In this document: piece by piece, positions 26,301 to 39,812 of the stretch
Numbering within the stretch: position 1 is the stretch's first letter
Layout: every line of letters starts with the position of its first letter
Assembly (NCBI RefSeq): GCF_006345805.1
Contig: NC_042998.1
Location: 117,924,001-117,988,000, forward strand
From: Octopus sinensis
Taxonomy: Eukaryota
Reading direction: 5' to 3'
DNA length: 64,000 bases
Position numbers and translations under genes: made by a program
Notes under the pieces: generated by a model
The model's input: the letters and a program-made list of their open reading frames with translations, nothing else
Told to the model about the DNA's origin: nothing
Database searches by the model: none

Positions 26301-27464
26301 ACAAGAATTGTATTGGCATTTATACATTTAGGCAGGTTTAAAGGGGTGGTGGTGGGGGACTTTTTGGGGGTAGGCATAGCGCAAAATATCATACTTGGGG
26401 GAGTGGTCAAGGGGTAAATTAGATAAAAGAATAAATAAAAAAATAAAAAAATATATATAAAAAAGAATAGAGTTTTAGGTAAATAAGGAGATTCTCACTT
26501 ATACATATACACATATGTATACATATATACACACACATACATATATACATACGCACATACATACACACACACACATATACATATATATACACATACACAT
26601 ACATATACATATCTACACATACACACATATATATATATATATATACATACACTCACTCACATGCATACACGTATACACACATGTATATATACACAAACGA
26701 CCACACATACATATACACAGAAAATATATATACATACAACATACACACACGCACACACAGCACACTAGTCCCTATATACACATATATACCATACACACAT
26801 ATATATACATACACATACATACCATACATATTATATATATATATATACATATGTGTACCTATACATAACTACACATAGACACATATATATACATACAAAT
26901 ACAGACCCATTCCCTAATTTTAATTTTATTATCTTCATTTATTACTTTTGTTATCTTTGACCGCTGGTCCCAAGGATCTTGGCTATGACAGCAAGTCCAT
27001 TTATCTGTCTACTTGAAAACAAGCACTCATTCACGCACGCACACTCATTAGCACGTACACTCACTCATTCGTACACTCATACACATACACGCACGCACGC
27101 GTTATATTCATACATACATACATGTACATACATTCACGTATATACACATACGTACGCGTACCTACAGATTCATGTCTACACTCTTAGAAGGCTAGTCTAT
27201 ACATATACACCAATAAATCTATATATATACACACATACATATACACCTACATACAAATACACACACATATATATATATATATATATACATACATATATAT
27301 ACACATATATATACATATATATATATATACACAAATATATATACACACATATATATACACACATACACATACATACATATACACACATACACATACATAC
27401 GTATACATACATACATACATCCATACATCCATACATACATACATTTATACACATACACACACCC

Positions 27465-27498
<34 letters not shown>

Positions 27499-28823
27499 AT
27501 ACATATACATACATACATATACAAATATACGCACACACATACATACATACACATATACACATACACGCACATGCACATGTACATGCGTACCCATACACAC
27601 ACACACGCGCGCATCCATATATACACACACACACACATATACATGTGTGCAAACATACATACATACTCATACACGCACACACACTTACATATACATATAT
27701 GCACACACTTACCCACATATATACATACACATATACATACATACATACATACATATATGCATACATACACACACACATATATATATACATACATACACAT
27801 ACACATACCTATACATATATATACACACATATATATACACATGCACATACTTATATCTCTACATACTCGCATATACATATATATATATATAATATATATA
27901 TATATATATACACACATACATATACCTATATACATGTATATACACACACATATATATATACACATCTACAATTTGTCTACACTCACATACATGCACATAC
28001 ACATAACTCTACATACCTACATATACATCGACATACTCGCGTACACTCATATATATACACATATCTACATATACACACACAAATATACATATACACATAT
28101 ATATATATAATATATACATAAAACACATATACACACACATACATACATTATATATTATATATACACACACACACACACATACATATATATATATAACATA
28201 CATACACATAGTATACATACATACACATATACATACATGTACATATATATATATACACATATACATATATATACACACACATACATATATCAACAATGAG
28301 GGTAAAAAGAATTAGTTATTAATCAATTTCACCAAGTATTCAGTATGTAAAAGGACCATTATTATTGAGTAAACAATGTCTGAGGGAAAATATTCTCTAA
28401 GTAGTGGAAGAGGCTAAAAAACGTGTTTGGCTGCTATTTCTAGAAAGTTCAGTATGTGGCAAAGTAATTATTTTACTAAGCCCTAATTATATAATATTTT
28501 ATACATACATACACATACATACACACATACATATACACATACATATGCATACACACATATATATACATACATACATATATACATATATACATATATACAC
28601 ACACACACACACGCACATACATATATATATATATTTTTTTTTTACATACATACACACACACACACACACATAATACATGCGTATATTCCTACTATACCCA
28701 TACATTTCTATACATATATAAGATACACATATACAAGCGTGCACATACAATATGTGTATATGTATGTGTGGTCGTTTGTGTATATATACATGTGTGTATA
28801 CATGTATGCATGTGAGTGAGTGT

Positions 28824-28854
<31 letters not shown>

Positions 28855-29188
28855 TATGTGTAGATATGTATATGTATGTGTATGTGTATATATATGTATA
28901 TGTGTGTGTGTGTATGTATGTGCGTATGTATATATGTATGTATGTGTGTGTGTATATATGTATACATATGTGTATAGGTATAAGTGAGAATCTCCTTATT
29001 TACCTAAAACTCTATTCTTTTTTATATATATTTTTTTATTTTTTTATTTATTCTTTTATCTAATTTACCACTGACTCCTTGACCACTCCCCCAAGTATGA
29101 TATTTTGTGCTATGCCTACCCCCAAAAAGTCCCCCACCACCACCCCTTTAAACCTGCCTAAATGTATAAATGCCAATACGATTCTTGT
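26301..29188. repeat. Long inverted repeat (~420-bp arms, 26301-26719 and 28753-29188) enclosing ~2 kb of (CA)/(TA) compound microsatellite
   Basis: Arms are near-identical reverse complements; mirror ORFs ...ISENLLIYLKLYSF... appear on both strands in the track. Confidence 0.85.
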
Positions 29189-29293
29189 ATTGGCATTTGT
29201 AATTAATTTTACTCTGCTATGTATTGAGTACCTTATTTACTGTGGTTAACCCCGAATCAACCCGGGACCTACAATATATATATATATATATAC

Positions 29294-29299
<6 letters not shown>

Positions 29300-29335
<36 letters not shown>

Positions 29336-29619
29336 CTGAAGTTGTCTATGTATGGCAGGTTTGATAGTCTTCAACTAACACTATCTCTTCCGAGACCCTG
29401 CAGCGCAAGTTGACCAACATTGAGAGTATGACAGAAGAAGAAGGCTTGCTCTTCCTTCCGTAGAAGAAAAAATTCACATCGGACCATGTTAACACTTAAA
29501 ACTATAAAACTATTCACTTAAAGGGAATAACAAGCTACATAATGCAAAATTTTTACTTTTCAGCAATTCCAATTCTAAAGTGTCAAAAGAAACCCGAGCA
29601 ACGCCGGGCGATACTGCGA

Positions 29620-29620
<1 letters not shown>
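29300..29620 (+). mobile_element. Non-autonomous Helitron-like element
   Basis: 3' hairpin CCCGAGCAACGCCGGG followed by ...CGAG|T (CTAG variant); same hairpin type as the 3584-3599 end. Confidence 0.5.
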
Positions 29621-29684
<64 letters not shown>

Positions 29685-30420
29685 TATAATTCTGTAATGC
29701 GAAAAGTTTGTTTGTTTGTTTGTCTGGTTTTGGCATTGAGAACGGGTTAAAGGCCACTAGAACCCGTCGGATTGACTACAAAATTTACAGCGACATGTAA
29801 AATGAGGTGAGGATTGCTAGGGCCAAAAACGCACAAGTCTACTCTCATTCTTTTATGTATCTGTCGTCCTCCATCACTTACTCTCTTTCCCCCCTTCCCA
29901 TGACATTCTATCTATAACGTTGTTTCACAGCGTTTGCCTCCCTTCATTTCACTTTCTCTTTATAACGTCGTGTCAAAGCGTCCTATATCCCCCTCCCCAC
30001 CTTCGACAGCCCTTTCACATTCTCTCTCTCTCTACGTCTGTCTGCATTCATAGAGAGAATTATCATCGCCAACACCACCACACAATCATAAGAACAAATA
30101 TTATGAATCAGATATTTATTGGGTTAATTTATGTATGTGTGTGTGTGTGTGTGTGTTCTATATATAAATATGTATATATAAGGTATATATACAAAGTGTG
30201 TATATCTGTATTTATGTATATTGAACTTTCTTTTTGATAGTTAAATATATTTTTTTTAAATATAAATTAATAATTTTAATTTTGAATTTAAATAATTTAA
30301 ATTATATATTTTGTATATTATATTTTTTATTTTTATGCTTTGGTTTATGTTTTTCACTTTTTTAATTTGCCTAATAGTGATTTTATCTCTAATTTAATTT
30401 ATATATATATATATAATGTG

Positions 30421-30456
<36 letters not shown>

Positions 30457-30477
30457 ACACACACATGTATATATATA

Positions 30478-30905
30478 TATTGGTAAAAACGGTCAGATAA
30501 CAAAAGAAAGAAAGAGACCTCAATATTATGTAAAAGATAGTGGTTTTAGCGAAAAAATTAAATATACACCTGTTACTAGCCCAACAGTAAAGAAGAACAA
30601 TAGAAATAGGAAGATCATCTGGTTACACCCCATTACTAACCCGAAATGACCTTCAATATAGGTAAATATTTATTAACACTGATAGATAGACATTTTCCAG
30701 TTAACTATACTTATAGGAAACTCTTCAATAAGCACAATTTAAAAATTAGTTTTAGTTCAACTACCAATTTTAAAAATATAATCACACATAACACACAAAA
30801 GCCACAAGAAAACAGCTGTTCATGCAGGAATAAAAAAATGTGCCCGCTAAATGGAGCTTGCGTGTCCGAGACCATTATCTATGAAGCCACCGTTTACTCT
30901 ATAAC
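30478..30905 (+). mobile_element. Penelope-like fragment (RT C-terminus to Zn-finger/GIY-YIG start) with inverted pLTR stub
   Basis: RNRKIIWLHP...NIGKYLLTLIDRHFP...CSCRNKKMCPLNGACVSETIIYEATV. 30478-30535 matches 1435-1490. Confidence 0.75.
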
Positions 30906-31291
30906 TCTATAACCACTAAAGACACCGTTTCGACATGTCCGTATATGAACGTGGTTTTTATGCTTTGTATACTTCCTTATGTTTTTTTCTGTTACCTTTA
31001 ACCATGTTTTTTCTGGTGCTTGTGCGTATATAGACGTATGTATTAAATTTTACGGTACGCGCGCGTGTGTGTATGAGTTTGTATATATATGCGTATATAT
31101 TTGGCGAAAAATGCGAGTGAAGATGTGTACGTATTCATTTCAAGTACGCACGTGGGTCCGCGAGCGCACATGTGAGCGTATGACTAGCCATGTTTACGTG
31201 TTTACTATGAACTTTTAATCTTATTTTGTATAAGTAGCAGAATATTTCCCTTTATATAACGGTATTTTTTCATAGCGTTTTTCAGATGGCC

Positions 31292-31354
31292 AGATAACCG
31301 AAGAGATGGTGTTGTGGATTTCCACTTCGGCATTTGAAACTCAGAGTTTTATCT
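31292..31354 (+). ncRNA. Hammerhead-like motif (U4->C)
   Basis: AGATAA-CCGAAGA-GATG..GTGGA-TT-TCCAC..CATTT-GAAACTC-A-GAGT-T-TTATCT. Perfect 6-bp stem I, palindromic stem III. Confidence 0.55.
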
Positions 31355-31708
31355 TGACTATTGAGTAATTGTAACACATTATTTTATATATATATATATA
31401 TATACAGAGAAACTCAATCCAAAAGAAAGGCAAATAATTTTAAGCGATTATCTCCCTTACACCGGAAGAATTCACTTATTACCTCCCCTTATCTAGATCT
31501 CCGCTCAACGTAAACATAACGATTTAAGAAATTTGAAAAGCTGAACGCGAAACCGGTCATTTCTTCTAAACTATGTCATTGTATGAAAAAAATTTATAAC
31601 ATTCTTCAGACATATTGACTCAAATATATATTTTTTAACCTTTTAAAACAAGCCTTCTGTAGTTTTTTCACTTTTTACTATTTTCTATATATATATATAT
31701 ATATATTT

Positions 31709-33090
31709 TCCAGTTTCAGCTCAGAGCTGCGGCCATGCTGATGCACCACCGTTTTGTGCTACACTGTTATTACGACGAACCTCATCTAATATGTGGAAAC
31801 TTGGTGAAGAATGGAGTTTGATATAGCTACTCTCATTTGCACCTCTTGCCGTGAGATAGGTTCATCTGGGATTCTTGACAGGAAAATGTCCAGCTTTGAT
31901 TTAAAAACCGCTACATCTACTTTGTGCAAGTTCCTCAGACTCTTTGGGAGAATATTATAAAGCTGTGGGCCTTTGAAACCCAGGCTGTTGCAGAAGCAGG
32001 TCCTGAAGCGTGATGGCATTGCTGGGATCTTTGGCACTATGCAGTGTCGTCCCGTTCTAGCATTGGTGTAGCTTACAATGCCAAAATTTGGCACAATTCC
32101 TTCCAGGATCTTCCAGACATATATTACTGCATACCTTTCCCGTCTTCTCTCCAGATAGTAGAGTCTTAGCTGTTTCAACCTTTCCCAGTAGCTGAGCTGT
32201 TGCAAAGAGATGATCTTCTTTGTGAATCTTCTCTGGATTGCTTCAAGGTCCGCTCTTAATTTTACACTGGTGGGTGACCATAGCTGTGAGCAGTAATCCA
32301 GGCGACTGAGGACGAATGTCCGCCAGAAGACCATCATGGTTTCCTTATCTCTGGTTCTGAATGTTCTTAGGATCCACCCAGCCAGTCGTCTGCACTTTGT
32401 CGCCATCCTGGTAATGTACACTTGGAAAGAGGTATCATCACTCATGTCGATACCCAGGTCCCTCACAGACTTAGGCTCTGGGATTGAAATTCCCTGTGGA
32501 CCGGTGTATCCTGTAAGTTTAATATTCAGTTTTGGATGCTAGTAGCGCAGGGCATGGAATTTTTCAGCATTAAACTGTATATTATTATCCTCAGCCCATC
32601 TGTAGATTGAATCCAACTCCTGCTGCAGGTGTGCAACATCGCTGTGGTTCAGTATTTTCTGCGAGACTTTCGTATCGTCTGCATAGCTGGCCAGAGTGGC
32701 TATCCGAGCATTTGAGGGCATATCTGAGAGGGCCACTATAAAAAGCATGGTCCCAAGACAGTGCCCTGTGGAACACCGCTCACTATTTGTGTGTTCACAG
32801 TGGTGGCTCCATTAACCACTACTGCCTGACTCCTATCTTTCAGGAAGTCATACAACCACACTCCAAGTTTTCCAGCTATGCCGAGGTCACGTAGTTTGTG
32901 GCATATCATACCATGATCAACCTTGTCAAAAGCTTTTGCAAAATCAAGGTAGATTACGTCCACATTTGATTTGTTGAGTAACTGCCTCAACATCCAGTCA
33001 TAATGATGTAAGAGCTGGGTCAGGCAGCTCCTACCTGGTCGAAAACCATGCTGGGTATCACTCAGCAAGTTATTTTCCTCAAGGAATACG
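31709..33090 (-). mobile_element. 5'-truncated CR1/Jockey-superfamily LINE (RT plus 3' tail)
   Basis: YLDFAKAFDKVDHG, SGVPQGTVLGP, YADDTK, LSRLDYCS, RRERY; frameshifted. The 3' tail matches the SINE tail. Confidence 0.9.
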
Positions 33091-33944
33091 ATTATGTATA
33101 TATATATAATGTATGCATTATGTGGTCTGTTGTGCTGAAAATATGCACACCTATGTTAAAAGTGCTGGCAAGTTTTCATGCTAACTATTTTTTCCTCAAA
33201 TGAAAGGCGTGACCTCTAGGACAAAGTTCCTCATCTTATAACATGTGGCCCGAGTAGACCCGAATGAAATCGGGCAATATTAACCAAAATGTGAAAAGAG
33301 GTCTAAATGGGGCTTGAAGGGCATTAAAATTTACAGGAGCGGGTGTTTAGGAATTCTCTGTTACATGAAGCTAAAGATTTGCGCCAGCCTTTAAATCGTC
33401 AATGTATTGCCGTCCATGATGTTTTGAATGCTTGCCATGGTGAGTCTACTGTCGTGAGAAAGAATCACTTCAAAGCTTGGTGTTTAGGAATTTTCTTTTA
33501 CATCAAGTTCAAAATGTTATGCCAGCCGTTAAACTGCCACTGTCAGTCGTTAAGAAATGCCAGCCATGGTGACTCTACTATCCTCAGTTTCTATCCCTTC
33601 AAACTTTGGTTTCCAATATTTTTTTTTTAGTCAGCTCGCAAATTTGTATGTCCCTTTTAAATGTTAGTGTTTTGCTATCTGCCTTAAAGCAGACCTTTCC
33701 GTTGTCACTGCCTGATATTTATGATTGATCTTTCAAAATATTTTCTTTCTAAACTTACTCAAGATCTTTTGTTGTTTATAAATGGGAGAGAGAAAGATAG
33801 AGAAAGATAGAGAATAAGAGAAAGCGAGGGAGAGTCCAAGAGAAACGAAGAGTAAGAGAGTGGGAAAGTGAGAGAGAAACAAAGACAGAGAATGTGGTGA
33901 TAAAAAACAGAAAGGAAGCAACAGGAAGTAACAACCACACTCTT

Positions 33945-33976
33945 ACCCGCGCGTAGTGCGGGTCACCTTAAACTAG
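33945..33976 (+). mobile_element. Helitron-type 3' terminus
   Basis: CCCGC-GCGTAGT-GCGGG hairpin, 10 nt, then CTAG|T. Confidence 0.55.
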
Positions 33977-34769
33977 TATATATATATATATTTGCCGTTT
34001 GATTTACTTCTTGCGTCTATTGAAACAAACTATAGACGGATCTCGCGATAGAATATCGCTATGGCAAGATTATTTGAAGAGCATTCCTTGTTTTCCTTAA
34101 GTTCGCTTCATAAGAATAATTTGTTATTTTATTTTATCTGATTTACTTAAATATTTCGAATTTCCTCCTTCAATGGGTTTTCATACTTAAGATTCATTCC
34201 TCGTAACAAACTTCCCTCTAAATGTTTAACTTCAGAAATACCCAACTTTATATGTAGATTTTATTATGATTTCAAGAGGTCAAGTCTCGAGTTTGGAGGA
34301 CTGTATCGGGCAAGTTGTGTTATGCTTAGACAAGAGGTCTATGAAAGAAAGTATGTGCATCTGGCATTCAGATTGCTTGTTACAAATTTCTCTTCTTTCT
34401 TTGTGTTTGTTGGTACTTACACTGAGACCGCTGTGCAAATATCTAAATTACTTATACAAAAGGAAATATAAATTCACACCTGTCCACTTACATATATACA
34501 GAGTTAAGCATACTTAATCGCATGAAAACAAACACATATACACGCAAATGTCTAGTTACTTAAACCGATAATCAACAGTAAACAGAATTGGCACTAGGAG
34601 CAACGTTTGGATTAAGTTTAACCAGTGCACTATTTTGTTAGCATATAAAATAAAGTCTGACACAAAGGTATTAGAGATATACACTATATAAAAATGTTCA
34701 TTCAGAAAAAACTCCATATTTATCTATGTATCTATATATCTATCAATATATACACATAAAAGTATAAAA

Positions 34770-34833
<64 letters not shown>

Positions 34834-34920
34834 AGAGTTTACGAAAAAAAGAACAAAAGTCGAAGACAGGTGGTGTACAAAACAAACAGATGTATTAGTA
34901 TAACGCTCAGGAATAAAGTC

Positions 34921-34955
34921 GTTTACGTTTCGAGCCTACACTCTTCTACAGAAAG
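34921..34955 (-). ncRNA. Minimal hammerhead-like motif with variant core
   Basis: TTT-CTGTAGA-A-GAG-TGTAGG-CTC-GAAAC-GTA-AAC; related copy at 63614-63650. Confidence 0.4.
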
Positions 34956-35042
34956 GGACACAGAAAAAACAAGGAAACATGCAGAGAAAAAAATGAGTGT
35001 AGTGGCTAACGATCCATCATGCCGACTGACTGCCGGACAGAA

Positions 35043-35097
<55 letters not shown>

Positions 35098-35379
35098 AAT
35101 ATTTTGTAATGTTCAGAAAGTTCATTTAATGCATTCATACTTATGTAGTAATCAGATTTTAAAATGTATTTAAAATTACTGACTTCTACATTTTTATACC
35201 TCCTAGAATTCTCCAACAAGCTGAATTCATCGAGTGCGGTTTGGATCAATTCTCATGCAGTTTAAACGTCACGGTTTGCCGGCCGTACCGATACCGCCTT
35301 AACTTTAACCAAATTAACTTGCAATTTACATCTAATGGTTTTATGATTGAGCAAACTTAGTTCGTTTTGATCGCGTTCA

Positions 35380-35940
35380 TTTCAGTAGATGAGAGTCTTC
35401 TGTAATTTGTTTATGTTCATACGTTAAAGATATTCTTAAATCCGCACTGGTTGTTGTACTCTTATTTCCGTTCAGAAAAGGTTTGAGCATTTTAATAAAC
35501 CGATTTTCTTTTATCACTCTTCCAACCTGACTTGTGTCACGTAGTTTGTGGATAGGAAAATTTAGAAACATTTCCTGAGCACATGTTTCTATATGTTCGC
35601 TCAATGTAACATTAGTGTTCCGGATTTATTGTCTGTGGACTCGCAAGCGTTCCGTTAATGCATTCCCTCTCTCGCCAATATATAGTTCCTTGCAATTAGG
35701 GCATTTAATGCATGAGATCAATCTTCTGTTTTTGGAGTACATATCTGCATTTGCGAAAACCTGTCCATTTTTTTCTTCTAATGGATCTACCAGTATGCAT
35801 GTATTGACACGTTCCACATCTGTTATCATTACACTTGTATATTGTGAATGTTTTATCCTGTTTGTTCGTGTTGAATTTTACCTTTGTTAATAGATTCTTT
35901 AGGTTATGTAGTTGCCTTTTGCTTAAGATATTCATCTCAT
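35380..35940 (-). mobile_element. Penelope-like GIY-YIG endonuclease fragment
   Basis: KCNDNRCGTCQY...LISCIKCPNCKELYIGERGNALTERLRVHRQ; frameshifted. Confidence 0.8.
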
Positions 35941-36096
35941 TAGTTATATATATTTTTACTTTGTTTCTTGATTGGCAAATTTGTTATGTCATGTCAAAAC
36001 TTGATACGAAAAATATTTAGCAAATCCTATCACGTGGTACTATTAAGTTTGTCATGGCCTGAACCAATCTTTTGTCAAATCATATATGTGTGTGTG

Positions 36097-36296
36097 TGTT
36101 ATATTCTTGTATTGAATATATAATATAACGAAACAGAGGGAACGATGTATATTACACGAGACACAACGCTCTATATCAAATTCTCACAGTGAACTGCTAC
36201 CACACGAACTGCCAATCGTTCACATCCTTTACTTTATAATAATGAGTCAGTCCAACTCTTAGTCACTTGGGGCGTGGTCGGAACCCTTCTACAACA
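36097..36296. mobile_element. Possible solo LTR
   Basis: 200 bp bounded by TGTTATA...TACAACA (TG..CA with a short inverted terminus); no TSD seen. Confidence 0.25.
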
Positions 36297-36948
36297 TCTA
36301 CCTTTTATAGAATCAGTCTCCCCCAGCTTCTCTCTTCTCGTCGGATCAATTTTACTCTTTTCTTTGCAAATTTCTTCGTATCTACGAAAATATGCAGAGA
36401 AGGTAAGCGCTTCTGAATTATAGCTGAATTCTCCAATTGAGTTTGCTACTCTGTCTGGCGAGTACGAACCTGAAGTATTTTAAGATTTCTTCAACATTAA
36501 TACTCGCAAATTTTGGTTTCGTTGTTGCTTCGTACCAAGAAAAAAATTTAAACGTCCAACGCAAGCTTCTAACAACTCGTCGCCACTTTGCTAAATTTAC
36601 ATCCGTGTGTTGGATATATGATATAACAAAAAAAAAAAAAATTATTTAACAGTATTTTGTAGCATAGAAAATCATAAATATCTTCCTTACGAATACTTTT
36701 TTCACCCCTAAATATTTATAATTATATATATGTTCATTAGTTACTATAATTTATTAGTTTCTTTTTGCATATTCTTAGTGTATGCATGTGTATGCAAATA
36801 TAGTATTGGTATATCCCATTTATGTTCATTAGACATTAACTAAATAAATAATTTTGACATTTACGAATATTTATTCATGTTGCTCTAGTTCACTCAGCTG
36901 TAGAAATAAGTTGCGACGTTATTGGTGCCAAGCTGTATAAGCTTTTAC

Positions 36949-37063
36949 CTTTCTCTTGGATAGCATCGGTGGCATGGAGAGGGGAGGCTGATAGGCATGG
37001 GCGACATATGGTCTTCCATAAACCACCTTCCTCGGATTTGTGCCTCGGATGGGAACTTTCTAT
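36949..37063 (-). CDS. Candidate internal exon of an unidentified host gene
   Basis: ttgcag|...AAG|gtaaaa; 115 nt, open as RKFPSEAQIRGRWFMEDHMSPMPISLPSPCHRCYPRE; non-repetitive sequence. Confidence 0.3.
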
Positions 37064-37951
37064 CTGCAATTCAATGATCATTCATTACTGATCTTTTAGG
37101 TTGAAACCGAAATATTTCAGAAAATTTGCCTTTTCAATAATCATCTATGAAGTTGTACAAAATTATAATAATGGAACTACAGCATATCAAGTTGCCATAT
37201 CTCGGAACTGTCAGGGCAGATCGCCATCCTAATGACGCTCTATCAAATCTGACACTTCGCCCGTATGTGACTAGTCTCAGAATTTTATGAATATAATATC
37301 TATTATCATTAAAATGACCACAAATAGACATAAAATCCACCCGTCGATTTGTTCGTTTCATAGCACGAATCTGAAGTAGAGATGTAACTTCCACTGTGTA
37401 GAATCCTCAGTTGCTGAAAGTACGAATGTCTTCCTGACATGCAAGGAATTCGCATGTAGTACTAATAACAACCGCGAAAATATTGAGAGATAAAGTGTTT
37501 CAAAGTCATCGAAAGTTGCATTGTTTATAACGTGCCTAGCCTGTAGAGCAGACGATAATTAAATTAAATATGTTAAATGACAGGGAGACTAAAACACATT
37601 TCACATTAAAATGTAGCGCAACCTTTTTTTTCCTTGTGTTTATACAATTTTACCCCTTTCTTTTATATTTCAAAATTGGCTCAGCTGTTTTTCAAAGTTG
37701 GCAACTACAAGTGTCACAAATCACATGTTTAAATAAAATATTAAAACTAACGATATAGTCGCTGATATATATGCAAGGAGATTGTCAAGAATGGAAATGT
37801 TCCGCCCCTAACGATTGATATTTTTCTGTACCATGAACAACACCTGAAAAGGAGGGGTAATTTATGAAATAGTTGTGAACTCAACTGTTCGACTTGCAGA
37901 TTTAATTGCGCGCTCGTTCATACTCACACATCATGGAGACAGACAACCATA

Positions 37952-37985
37952 GGCGCAAGAGTGGATGTGTGGTAAGTAGCTTGCT
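37952..37985 (+). mobile_element. 5' part (A box) of an interrupted tRNA-derived SINE
   Basis: GGCGCAAGAGTGGATGTGTGGTAAGTAGCTTGCT matches 7908-7941. Confidence 0.85.
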
Positions 37986-38030
37986 AACCTCTGAACTGTT
38001 CGGACGTGTTTTTTTGCTGCTCCAGATGAA

Positions 38031-38622
38031 CGTTGTTTCAACGTGAATTGTTGAACTTTCGACTCGACTAAAGGTAGGAATTTTGTATTTTTGTGAGCGA
38101 AGTGAAGTTTTATTACTTGCATGAATGTTTTTTTAGCATTTAATATTTTTAGCAGATAATAAGGCTCCACTTTGCTCCGGATATAATTTTTCTGCCTGTG
38201 TCGAGTGGAAAGAAAATTGTATTGATGTCGCGTTATTTCAACGTGAATTGTTGAACGTTCGAATCGACTACGGGTAGGCGTTTTATGTTTTTGCGAGTTT
38301 AGTGAAGTTTTATTACTTGCATGAATGTTTTTTTAGCATTTAATATTTTTAGCAGATAATAAGGCTCCACTTTGCTCCGGATATAATTTTTCTGCCTGTG
38401 TCGAGTGGAAAGAAAATTGTATTGATGTCGCGTTATTTCAACGTGAATTGTTGAACGTTCGAATCGACTACGGGTAGGCGTTTTATGTTTTTGCGAGTTT
38501 AGTGAAGTTTTATTACTTGCATGAATGTTTTTTAGCATTTAATATTTTTTAGCAAATAATAAGGCTCCACTTTGCTCCAGATATAATTTTTCTGCCTGTG
38601 TCGAGTGAAAAGAAATTGTATT
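38031..38622 (+). repeat. Three ~200-bp tandem monomers in the 5' UTR of copy A
   Basis: Unit starts at 38031, 38231 and 38431; units are near-identical. Confidence 0.92.
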
Positions 38623-38948
38623 TTTGAAGCGGCATAGTCCGTCTGAAAAAATTATTGTTGAAATTGTCGTTGTGTTGTCCACGGATTACCAAGGATTATT
38701 TACCAAGGGTTTTACCAACAGTGCATTTGGCCTGGATTACAATTTTTGGCCGAAGAAGTGGAAAAAAAAAAAAAAAGAACTGAATTCCTTTGTCTGAATT
38801 GAACTCTCTTTCTCTGTCTATTATTTATTTGTAAAAACTTTTTTGAACTGCCATTTTTAATTTTATCTCTTCCCTTCTGTTGCATTTTTTCATTCTCCTT
38901 TCTGTGGCTAATTTTAGTTTATCATTTTGAACTGTTGTATTTTACGTT

Positions 38949-39812
38949 ATGGCAAAGGCAAAGGATTTCACTGTGTGGGAATTAACACCTCCCAAAAAAT
39001 ATTTGCACGAACTCGAGGAAAAGACCGTGGTGTTGAGGACATATTCAAAGTCACTCGACACCATAATGGTTTTTCCGAGAGACACCATTGTGAACGAGCT
39101 GGCAGACTATATGCCAGCCGTTAAACATATTCAACGGGGAGTCAAATACGCAACGGTATGGTTGCTATTTGACTCCGCTGAAGCAGCTTGCAAATTTGCA
39201 AGCCAGCCCATTGAGGGCGATGAGATTCTGTTTCTCCCCAGTTACAAGGGGAAAAAATTGTTACGTTTATGGGTCTGTGGCCTGCCGCCCGGCTTTGAGC
39301 CCGAGTGGGTGGAAGATTCCATCCGCCGGGGTCTGAGCGGTGGTAGCGCCAAGATCCTGAATGTGAAAATGCAGCCTGCGGCTAACTGGGAAGGAGGAAA
39401 GGCTACTTTGACTCTGTGGACCCAGTCGGCCAAGAGTCTGGTTTTGCCGGACTTCCTGAAGATGGCCGGGTCCAAGTATCCGGTGATGCTAGAGGGACGC
39501 GCCCCCAAGTGTCACCTGTGTTCGGAGACCGGCCACATTAAGAAGAAATGCCCCAGGGACCAAAGTAGGATCCTGGAGAAGTTGATATCGGAGCCTCTCC
39601 CTGTCCCACCAATAGAGGGAGAGAAACAGAACGAGGAAGCGGAGACTTCCTCAACGAGAAAACGAAAAGTGGGGAACAATGGTGACCCACTAAAAGACCA
39701 GGAAGCTACGGGAGACAGAGTGGATCCGGCGTGTGCAACACCGGAACCTCAACCTCCCGTGGCCCACGGTAAAAAGAAAGAAGAGAAACGGAACGCCGCC
39801 AGCGGATTGTAA
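38949..39812 (+). CDS. LINE ORF1/Gag-like RNA-binding protein (RRM-like plus CCHC zinc knuckle), 287 aa
   Basis: Intact ATG..TAA; YPVMLEGRAPKCHLCSETGHIKKKCP (C-x2-C-x4-H-x4-C), context typical of Tx1/L1 ORF1. Confidence 0.85.
   Translation: MAKAKDFTVWELTPPKKYLHELEEKTVVLRTYSKSLDTIMVFPRDTIVNELADYMPAVKHIQRGVKYATVWLLFDSAEAACKFASQPIEGDEILFLPSYKGKKLLRLWVCGLPPGFEPEWVEDSIRRGLSGGSAKILNVKMQPAANWEGGKATLTLWTQSAKSLVLPDFLKMAGSKYPVMLEGRAPKCHLCSETGHIKKKCPRDQSRILEKLISEPLPVPPIEGEKQNEEAETSSTRKRKVGNNGDPLKDQEATGDRVDPACATPEPQPPVAHGKKKEEKRNAASGL

Noticed and set aside
33344-33610. Diverged ~130-bp tandem duplication
   Set aside because: Real but old and non-coding, with no link to any other structure.
38031-38622. 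CRISPR-like or satellite interpretation of the 200-bp repeats
   Set aside because: No repeat-spacer structure; contiguous monomers within a retroelement UTR in a eukaryotic context.
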